Positions 12,301-22,800 of a stretch of DNA of 34,355 bases are shown piece by piece. Source of the DNA: Acanthaster planci (taxonomy: Eukaryota); contig NW_019091359.1 in assembly GCF_001949145.1 (NCBI RefSeq), forward strand, positions 1,036,381-1,070,735, in the 5' to 3' direction. The notes beneath the pieces are model-generated. The model searched no databases and was not told the origin of the DNA. It was given only the letters and a program-made list of their open reading frames with translations. The stretch's first letter is position 1, and each line of letters opens with the position of its first letter. A program made the position numbers and the translations under genes.

Positions 12301-14611
12301 ACAGGAGGAACCTTCGAGAGGCGTGGTAAGTAGTGGCAAAATTCCTGTATTTTGGTAACAAGGGCAAGGAAATCTGTCAGAAGAGCAAGATCCCATGAAA
12401 TCTCGCGTTCCACGTCAACGGCATCCAGAGCCGGCTGACGGAATACAACCCCCTCAGAGTTTCACCATCGACAGTCTACAATAAGCTTGTCTAAGTACAG
12501 AAAGCTGCACACTTCATTCACAACCTTACTCAATGTGCTGAGGAAGCAGCAAAGAGGTGAATTCTAGAAGTGTCGCAGCTACATCGACAAGACAGGAGTC
12601 GAGGGACCTGTCAATTTCAAAGAATTCAACAACCACCTTCTGAATGGTTCAATAAGTCAAGACCGCTACACGAATGCTGTGAAGGAGGGCAGGAAGTGAC
12701 CCCGCAACAAACTTGAATCTGTACACGAATGCTACATTCTGCAGAACAATGAGGGTGTGTGCATTTTCAGGGGGTACAAATAGCATCCATTTGCCTGGAG
12801 TGGTGTAAACAAGAGGTGCATTCCCAAGCACACCTGCAAGCAAGAAGGTGGATCATTTGATGAGACTTTTCAGCTTTTTAATTCACAAGAGAAAACTGTG
12901 GCACAGAAGCAAGACAGTGCTGGATTAAACTTGTACATAGAAAGGACCCCTAATTTAATTAACATCTGGGAGGCCGAGGCATACATACCTCAGATCGTTT
13001 GACAGATGTCAGCTGAAGAAAACCCAGATCCCTGTTACAATAACAATGTTCCCTCATCAACCATGGGATGACCACTGTCACAAAGGGCAGCTGTCCAAAG
13101 AAGTACTTCTTGTAATTGTGCTGACCTAACCCTGCCTTTTTCCAGCTTACAGCACACTCTACCGATCATGTACATGTACATTGTATAGCACACCCACACG
13201 AGTTGATTGATCCAATTTCTATCGCCCCACACATCAAACTGGCTTAATACAAACTACGAACGCCAACTGCTCGTCACGTGACTCCGGTTTGTCCCGACAC
13301 AAGTTTCCAACAAGTAAACGTGAAATTGAATGAGACCAGAAGTAGACTTGGCATATGAACACAAATTCTAACAAGGCACAGAAACAGACACTGCTGCGCC
13401 CACATGTATTTCAGTCAACCTTTCTGAGGAGAACACACTGGTACGAGCTGTATTGATGGATCAACATGACCCTAAGTCCTTCCTGGCCATGTACATGGCT
13501 TACAGGCATACTTTCAACTTATCAACATACTGTGTTATCTTCCTGTAAGAGTGTCCTGACGAAAGACTTCCAGCCACATGACAAAGAGCAATATTTCCCA
13601 GCTTCTCAGCCACAAGCTGGTCTATCCACATTTGCACAAGGAAATGCGAGTGTGCGATGGCTGGAAGCAAATCAAGGCCCAAATAATAGCTGCATTTGCC
13701 AGTGTACACATGTGCATGTACTATGCACATGAGCTTAAGAGCAGATATGTGCATGTCATGTGAGAGAAGACGTAAAACTATTTCAGAAAAAATGACCTAA
13801 AACCCTAGGATGTGTGCTAATCATACTGAAATCGGAGGATTTAGCCCCGTAAGGCTTGAGAATTAACATTCAATTGCGGTCCTCCATCATCTGAAGAAAC
13901 TATTCCCTGCTCTTCATTCTTGCTACCGGCTTTCCAACCAATCTTTAACCATCATATCTACAGCCAATCCTGGCCACAGGTTCTACAACTACTCTTTGCC
14001 AGTGCTAATATCCTGTGGTGAGTAAAGCCAACAGATCACCAGAAAACCCTGCAAACTAGTATACTATTGTTTGTGTGTTAGTGAAAGCCATATTAGAGGA
14101 CGAGAAAATAGTCTGAGACCCTCCTGGTAGTGGTATATGTATGTCAAACACATAGAGATTGAATGGACACCATAATTAACCTTTGCTATATACACATGTG
14201 CACGTATGTGTGCTGTCCAATCTCTTGAATCTATTTCATTATACCTAAAAACTGCCATTTTTAATGATACTTTAACTTCTTTGCTTTTCACAACTGTTTA
14301 ATAACCGCAGATCTAAAATTTTCCTAATGAGGAATTAAAACCGAATCCAAACACAAAGGACTTCCAGAGAGATCTGTAAAAAGTGCTTCTGGCGTGTCTA
14401 GTTTCCTAATCCAGTGTCTCTACTGGAGACACACAACCCTGGCTTTGTGATAAAAACACGACGCTGTATGAACATGTAATGTTAAAGTACAAACTGATGC
14501 AGTGTTGGAAACACACTGGATAACTTATGAAAGGGCAAGATACAAACTGTATGCTACAGGCTACTTACAATGATTTTGTTTTCAGACTGGTCAAATTCCA
14601 TGGCCAACTTG

Positions 14612-14925
14612 TTAACCCTAACAGTACCGGGCGTTGTTTGGCTTAGAGTACTCAGTACCACAAAATACTATGTAACACTCTGAGCCTGAAGGACCTAGCG
14701 GTACAAATTACTATTTCTGGCTAGGTTTATTCCATTATTACTCGTACAGAGAATATTGAAACCATGCATTCACAGTGCCACAGCACTGTTTGGTACATTG
14801 TCTTCTCTATTGTATCTTATGGCCTCAGAGAATAATAATGTCATGTCCTCTTACAAGCGACAGGGCTGAGTACTATATTTTACTACTAAGTAATACTTTG
14901 TAGCACTCGGGACTGTGAGGGTTAA
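14612..14925. mobile_element. piggyBac-like MITE
   Basis: TTAA-ccctaacagtaccggg ... ctcgggactgtgaggg-TTAA; same TIR family as 5095-5153. Confidence 0.8.
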
Positions 14926-15547
14926 GCCATGTTTACTAACTGTGACTAATGTTAAAGGTCTCTGGATAATGTAAGTTGGTGGCAACTGCCGTTAATGTAA
15001 CAAATTATTGTCATATTCAAAGTCAACTCCTCAAAAAATAGACACAAGTGATGACAGGTACAACAGCTGCTGCAGTTCTTCTTGTACATGTAGAGTGGAA
15101 GTTAATTCAAAACAGTTACGCAAGCCAACTACATTTTTGAAACTCTGAAGTCGAAAAAAGTAAATTGTAACAACAGCTGAGGATTTCCACTTTTTATTTC
15201 CATCACTAGAAATGTTACGGCACTCCTCAATAAAGTGGCCTCAATTTCGGATTTTTTTCTCAGATCACAGCTATACATGTTAAATACATTTGTGTTAGTA
15301 CATTCATTTGTAGCATGGACATGTACTTGCTTGTGGTACTTTTTAAAATTCTCACAGTTCACATCACCCTTGAACAACATTCATTGGACCCAGTAATGAA
15401 AGGTTCAAACTGACAATTATGTTCCTTCAGTTAAAGGATGGAAGGCCAGTATACCATGATAAACCACTGACGTCTACCAAAGGCAGGCTTTCGCCTGCTG
15501 CCTCAATGTGAAAGAAGCCACAGCAATCAAGACAATCTGGACCTTAC

Positions 15548-16490
15548 GGACATGGAAGCCCAGCTTGGTTCTGCTGCTCCTGGTGACTGGTCAATTCTGC
15601 TGGCAGCTCCACACTATGCACACAGCAGTAGTCACGGTGTAAGTGATGCGACTTCTTCCTGAAGGAGAAAGCACACACATTAAATACATCTTTTCCACAA
15701 GAAATCGGGATAAGAGCACACTAAAAAGCTAGGATGTACATGTAAGTACACCAATCTTCAATCACTAATACGGCTTTAATAGTGCTGTAACAGGTTGAAA
15801 GCTTTTTCCTCATATTTGCAAAAACTAAACTGGTGCCAGAAGTCTGGAATAAAGCCCCCAACTTGTCTATGAGTTACACATGTATACACTTCAGATCTAA
15901 ACAGATAGTGCAGTAAATAAAGGCAGTTGTACAGGCTAATTACCAAGATTCTGATCTTGGTAAGTTTGTTAAATTCAACACTATCACATGAAATTGGGTA
16001 TGTGTCAAACACTCCAACTCTGTATGATTTCTGCATACACTGCACATCCAACTAGAAAATGCCTTAGCGGTTTCATTTCTGAAATTCTATTATCGCACAT
16101 TTTTTTCAAAACAGTTCCTACTGAAAGCCAATACATGACACTCAGGAGGAAATCTACACATGACTCTGGATTTTTTTTCCTTCATGTCACTCTTATTTCA
16201 GAGTCTAGGAATACTTCCAATTCATCACAGCCGGAGGAAAGCTCTGACTCAAAGTAATTCCGCTGAAAGCAACCTTACCACTGATCTAACGCGTCCCACA
16301 GGCCCCGCCTTCAGCCATGGCCATGCTGGGTGGACGGCCAGAAGTCGTCTGTGCCAGCCGCCAGTGTCTTCCTCAAAGCTTCAGGCGTGCTCTGATGCAG
16401 CTTTGTCCCTTCAAGTGAATGCAGATGACGCTCCCACAGCGTGAGAATTGGCCGCATTCACATGGCTGTGATGGGCCGAGTAGGAGCAAG
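15548..16490 (-). ncRNA. Candidate divergent spliced non-coding transcript; exons 16490..16279 and 15658..15548
   Basis: Minus-strand acceptors (ttttttctaatcacgtgtacatctttccacag; gtgtgctttctccttcag) and GTAAGG donors bound two GC-richer blocks; exon 16490..16279 has stops in all three frames. Confidence 0.4.
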
Positions 16491-16578
16491 CTGTGGAAAG
16501 ATGTACACGTGATTAGAAAAAAAAATGAAGCACTGAAGAACCTGATTGACTGAAGAAGCCTGGTCAAGCCTCCTCGAC

Positions 16579-17672
16579 CAGGGTGCCAGCTGGAAAACTT
16601 CAATTAATAGCCAAAGTTGTAGCCAAACATTTGAGTTTACAGCCATCCTACAAATTTACGAGCCAACATCACATATTTTTTTAGCCAATTTGTTTGACAA
16701 TAAAGATAAACAAATAACACGTTATTTGCTCTGAAAAGCTGACACTTGCCCACAATTTTTCAAAAACCGCAATTATTATGGTTATTTAACTTAGGCCTAC
16801 TGCATGCAAGCACTCTTTTATTTGGCCAAAAAATGGTTGTGCATCCGATTACAAAATTAGTTAGTTCAGAAACTTTTTTGGTTGGGGGGCAATTTTTTGT
16901 GCGGAATGAATGGGAATGACAGCTCCCAAAATTATCTCAAAAGTGATGAACACCTGTGTCAATCTGTAAAAATTTCAACAGTCGACAATCCACCAGAATT
17001 ATGGACAATTCACACAGTGCTACTCAGGCAATCATGACGTCAAACTGGCCAACAATGGCCGAGCATCATGTGGTAAGCGTGCGTGATGTATTCAGACCAG
17101 TGGGCGATAAACCTTGTGCCGCAGCAGGAATTTGTTGAAACACACTCACTTTAAGTATGAGCAAAACAACCTCAAATTAAACTCATGAACACAGAAAATA
17201 CATACATAAATAAGAGACCAAGTTCTGTGAATTAACTTGCAGAAAACCTCTTGCAACATCGATGTTTTTTTTGACCTGCAGCTTTAGGGTTGCATGCGAT
17301 ATGTGTGTACGGCTGATGTAGTGTAATCGACTGGAATGTACAGTACATGTACATGTATAGACTGGTTCTGGTTGCTAGATTTCCATCATGCGTTCTGTCG
17401 CTTGTGCGTAGCACAGCGGGAACCTGGGCAGCTTCGTTTAACGCACTGAGCTTTGCGCATGTGCTTTTACCACTGCGACAACGAACATCAATGAGGACTG
17501 TTTGTGAAAGTTGGAAATTAAAAAAATGACATTTTGGTGACGAACATGTGGTAAGTTTTGTCTAAATTTGCAAAATGATTGCCAATTTTTCTCGCCAAGG
17601 TCAATGGAATAAGAGCCAAAATTACAATTATTTGCCAATTGGCGAGAATGGTGAACAGCAGCTGGAACCCTG
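16579..17672. mobile_element. hAT-like non-autonomous element
   Basis: TIRs cagggtgccagctg / cagctggaaccctg (13/14 match), subterminal tagcca/tcgcca repeats; TSD degenerate. Confidence 0.6.
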
Positions 17673-18136
17673 CTCAATAGTTAACTCTGTGGAAGTGATT
17701 ACTGGAAATACACTGAATGAAGGATTTCCAGAAGCACTAGGTTTCTTAGACTGAAAACAATGATAGCTTAGAGTTAAGTTTTGGCAAGTCCATTGGACAA
17801 TGCAAAATAATGCAAAAATGTATAGATTCTGTCCGAGAAAGGCTGACTTTCTTTACTCTGCTGGAAATAAGGTGATTAGACACAGTGGAATTAATTAAAA
17901 GCATGAATGCAATACACCAAAGCAGAACTTGAATTTCAAAATACACACACAAGATTCAGGCCAATTATAAGCAAACTGGGAAAGAACTCCATAGGCCTAC
18001 ACAGACACCACTAATTGTGCCCTGTAGTGACCAATTAGCCATCTGTTATCTGAAAGCAATAAAATGTGAAACTATCTGTATTGAGATATTCTCTGAGAAA
18101 ACACTTAGAATTTTTCACACCAGTCTCATATTAAAG

Positions 18137-18218
18137 CCTTATCACAAATACTGCATGGGTGATTTTACACAACAGTAGAAATGCGCTGTGGGAAGGAAAA
18201 AGGAGCAAATGCTGTGCC
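18137..18218 (+). repeat. Interspersed repeat related to 3138-3233
   Basis: Direct sequence similarity as above. Confidence 0.75.
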
Positions 18219-18739
18219 TGCATATGCTGTCAAGCAGTGTACATGTGCATGAACATATATGGAATTCTTTCTGCAAACTGATATCGTTTACAAATTCTGT
18301 TCTCAAAATATGCCATTTCTCTTTTAACGGCATGAACTTTATCAAGTAGGTATTTTGTCTTCGTCTACTGCAAATTATGGCAAATATTCATAATGAAGCT
18401 CTCCTGTCAAAGACTTTCAATGGTTCTGCATGAATAAATGTATACATGTACTTAAAGGACCGATCAAGATTTAGACTCAACTAAGATCTAGACCCCAGGC
18501 CTTTTTCTTTTTCAATATTATCAGGTTAATCTATTTGCACTGTAATGTCCTCTCCAACCTGTCCAAGAACTGTAATTGGCAGATATTTTCAGCTGGGACA
18601 GAAAATCCATTAGGGCCTAGAACTGTAGAAGGGAATTCAATACGGGGGCCAGAACTTAATCATTTGGTCATGAATGTCTACACAGATGTTTCACTGGCAC
18701 TTGATGCTGAAACTGGCCCACACTTCATGTTCAGCTGAC

Positions 18740-19770
18740 GTTGAAGTCGAACTTCAACTTCAGAAGTTCAACAGGCGTAGCTCGCGGGCTGGGCGGATCG
18801 GAGAGCACCGCCCTATTTTTTTTTTGGCCACAACTGGCCTATGTACATATAGGTACGGTTTAACATAGGCCCTTGCATACCTGCAAGCCAAGTGAACATT
18901 ACATAGCCAGCAAAGTGTACAAAATGCGCCATAGGCCCGGCCTGCGCTTGCCGCGCCTACGTCCAGCCATGGGCTATAATAATCTCCATGGTCCAGCCCA
19001 GAACGTTTCTTTCCCTTTTCCAAACAATTCAAATATATTTCAGCTTAGTACCTTCTATACTTATCCTCCACGATACCATTTTGAAAGTTCGATAAATGCT
19101 GAACTGGGAAAAGATTCTTGAAGAGAAATTCCGCCTCGAAAGCTGCAAAAATGCTGCAACATATCCGCGTATTCGATGTGCTGCCTCGGCTGCGCCTCGG
19201 AAATCACCGGGCCCGATCGGGCTTTACATTGCTTAGTCTCCTCAGAGCGTGAATGGATTTTAACTGCATTTAGCTGCATGCCCTAATCTTTGACGCAAAC
19301 GCTTTAATGTACAAAGAAAGCTTGAAAAGAGAGTAGCAGACATCGGTGGGATATTTCATTTTCTAAAATAGGGATGTTTGAAAATCAATCATTAAGACGT
19401 ATTACACTTTTTCATTATTTTTCTCTAAAAATAAGTGTATTATTTGTATGAAAAGATTAGTAGGATCAAAAATTTCTTACAAATATGGAATATGTTTTAT
19501 TTTAAATGAGAAACTTCATAATGTCTAACTGTGAACATCTGGAGTACACCATGGGCGCTTGGTCTGTTTTGTTTTGTCCAGGTCATGTTATCGGTAATCA
19601 TCGGCTTGTACCGAAACTCGCCGAGAGGTCACAGCATACCCGTATGTATCATGGCGATTTCCCCCACCTAATGGAATGCAATGTGTTGTGGAGTGATCTA
19701 AAAATCGAATTTTGGGATTTCGAGCCACGCTTTTTTCGGTATCTGGCTCACTCCACACACACTAGCATTG
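18740..19770. promoter_or_regulatory. CpG-enriched upstream region and probable (possibly bidirectional) WAC promoter / 5'UTR
   Basis: Local excess of CG dinucleotides and GC content (e.g. ctcgcgggctgggcggatcgg, ccggcctgcgcttgccgcgcc, ctcggctgcgcctcgg) just upstream of the WAC ATG, against a CpG-poor background. Confidence 0.5.
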
Positions 19771-19811
19771 ATGGTAATGCATGCAAGCAAACATCCGAGA
19801 CTCAGTGATGG
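19771..19811 (+). CDS. WAC: WAC coding exon 1 ([14 protein letters not shown])
   Basis: ATG at 19771, conserved WAC N-terminal peptide, donor GG|gtaatt at 19812 (phase 2). Confidence 0.93.
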
Positions 19812-22800
19812 GTAATTGTCGCCAAGTTCTTCAATGAAATTTATCTTCCTTATCTGGGGTCGATTTGCAACCGCCAGTCCAAATCAATGGGCAGTGTTTG
19901 CCACATGAACATGAGCACCTACGTCAAGTGTCAACTTCCACGACCACGAGAGTCCCTCGATTAACAGCAGTCATGTTAAAATTGTGATCTTTTATGCCCA
20001 GGAATATATCAAAATGGATTAATGCTCGCTTTTTCTTTGTTTTCCCTCTGCAGGTTCCACGACAGGAACGAAGCCCATCCTTTCCAGGTGTGTGAGAACA
20101 CCAACTAATGTTGATAATCTCGGCATCTCCTGAAAGACGGAAAACCTTCCTCTACATGTTTCTCAAGACAGAAGAGCTGTTGATCGTCGGGCACAACTGC
20201 TACTCCATTTTCTGGCTTCACATGCGTTATTTCCATGCCTGTGGAAATCAAGCATTGAAGCTGCAAAGAAACCACAAATTGTCATTCATTTGTTGAAGCA
20301 ATATTGTCATGTTTGTTGATTTTCTTCCACAGAATTAAATGCAGCAATCATAATCCTACATCCAGGGGACCTTATATTTACAGAAAAGTGGAGTTTCTTA
20401 GTCTACAACCGATAGGCAATGAAACCCGCATTTGCTTAATTGTCTTCTCCATTGTCGTCTCCATCACGAAGACCTTTGGAACAGTAGAATGACCTTAAAC
20501 AATTGGTTATATGCCAAAGAAAATTGAATCAGTTCTCTTCAATCTCATCAGTGGTGCAGATGAAAGAGGAAGGCATAAGTAAATTGAGTGTTTATTGGTT
20601 ATTTCTTATAAAGAAAGTAATGTTTCACTTTACAAATTCCTACATAAGTCCCCTAAGAATTGTGATTGTTGCACTTAATTTGAAATAAAGCAGGTCAAGC
20701 ATATACCTTCCTCTTCTCCAGCATGGAGGGAAGGGTTCCATGTTTTAAAAGTGTCATGGCAACTGTTTGTGACTGAGGAGCTGTGGATATTGTATTTTGT
20801 CAAGCTGCATTCAGAAATGTCACTTAAATGTCATAGGTGCAGTTGCCAAACTTTGTAGCCATTGCTTGGTGTAGCACAGTAGGATAGCTCTCGGAAGGTA
20901 CATGGCAAAAGATGGAAAAGTTGTGAAAGCTGACAGTTGGAATGTTAATCTTGATACTGCCCCCCAAAAAGGAGGTCTATAAGACTTACACTCGATGCTT
21001 TTGCCCTGGGTTTCCATTCATCACGGGCACAAGTCAAATAATGAAGCCATACAAAAGATATTCCTCACAACTTGTAATTTCATGTTAATTTATGCGTGCT
21101 TTTGGACAAGAAGTAAAGTTACCTAAAAGACAAAAATCCTAATGGTTATGGACCTGCTCACAATTTTGGGATTTTCAAGAACGTGTTTTTAAGGCAATCA
21201 ACTGCCCTGAGCATGATGATTTGATTCTAACCAAGTTATGTACCTTTCGCATGGATTAGTTTATTTTCACACAAGTGTAGTTCCTCGAATATAACAGAAA
21301 ACTGGCAAGTACTGGTTGAGGTCTTGGAATTTCCAGCTGAAAATTGTCTCGGCTTGCATTAGGAATTAATCCTGAAAGTTCTTGTGACGGCTTGCCTGTA
21401 GAGTCATGATGGTGAATGCAACATCAGTCTTAATGGGCTTGTCGATAACGCCTCTGAAATTGCTTTTGTGAGAACAGCAGGTAAATTGTAACCTGGAGGT
21501 AAACTCCGATTGCTTTATTTATTGTCAATCAAGAAGAACCTTGTTGGATTCTGTGGAGCAGCTGCACAATTATGATGGGTTCTGTCAAAACCAGATACTT
21601 TCTCAAGCAGAACTTTGAAGAAAAAAGTGACTCAAACATTTTTCTCGTCAGTGTTGTCACAGACTTTGAATTGGCACAAGGTGACAACTGATAGCCCTTT
21701 AGGAAAAAAAAAAATCTATAATAGAAATATCTTGCTGTTCAGTCAGTTACCCAGAAGTATCTTGATTTGACAGAGAACATGTCATGGTGTTTCTGATCAG
21801 GAGAAGATGTGTCTTTGGAAAACTTGTCATTCATACTTAAGTGAGTACGTCAGTGTACATGTACATGGCAACACGTACTTGAATGATTTAAGTACTATGC
21901 ATATTGGTCGTATTAGTCATTTTCCACATTTTGTTAGCTCAGTACCCAGATAACTGGGTAAAACGTTTTGCCTTCAACTTCCAGCTCTACCTTGAGAGGC
22001 GACAAAGATGAATTATTTGTTACTTATGTTGGAAGAGAAGCTCTCTCTTCTTGAACTGAAAATCCAACCTGTATGCAGTGTCCATGGCAGGAATCGAATC
22101 AGGTTCACCAGAGAAATGAGACAAGAAAAGACTCACAGCGCCAACTGACAGCTGTCAGCAGCAGCCAAGTTTGATTGGTGACATCCGTCCGCTGCTGGTC
22201 GATTGGTTGGTTACCTGTGCATAAATCGTACGCTGGTGCACCAGGCTGAAATCAATCAGTAGTTAACACATGGCTGCAGAAAAAACTCAGCCATTTTTGT
22301 CGCTGCTAAAACACTTTTGTTCACCCCAGAAACTCATTTCTGAAATGGGGAACCATGATTATCATGTTTTCCCAGAAATGTACGGAATTTCTTTGTTAGA
22401 TACACATTCCATTAAAAAATTTGTCTCTACCAGTCAGTTTTAACATAAATAGATTGAAACTGTGTGGTAACAATATTATGTTATTGAAAGGATATCGCTT
22501 GCTGTACGGCCTTGTGCTGTAAAGATGTCTCATTTGATGCCATTCAAAACATGAGAGTGACCTGGTTACTTTTCTGGTCATGAGCATGGTAGATGCCACT
22601 AGCTTAGGATGGAGTGCGTTTGATCTCAGCCAATCGGTTGAACTGTCATCACATGGGTCTGAGAGTCAATGTTGCTTCAGTGGCATTGAATGTTTGAGAT
22701 GTTTAGGGTCTAATGTTGCCGTCCGAGCAGGATCATAACTGAAGGGGCTTCAGTAATGTGCACGTTCTCCAGTTGTCTTCTCATCAAAGCAGCCATACTG

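Noticed and set aside
12400..12900. Tyrosine-recombinase (Crypton-like) remnant suggested by SPSTVYNKL
   Set aside because: No convincing catalytic R/K/H-x-x-R/Y motifs could be read; left unassigned
15548..16490. Selenoprotein reading of the minus-strand exons (one frame is interrupted only by two TGA codons and continues into KKSHHLHRDYCC)
   Set aside because: No resemblance to a known selenoprotein family or CxxU/UxxC motif and no SECIS recognised; TGA-only interruption over this length can occur by chance
13800..19300. BAMBI or MPP7 orthologue expected from vertebrate synteny with WAC
   Set aside because: No Cys-rich BAMBI ectodomain or L27/PDZ/SH3/GK sequence recognised in any frame examined
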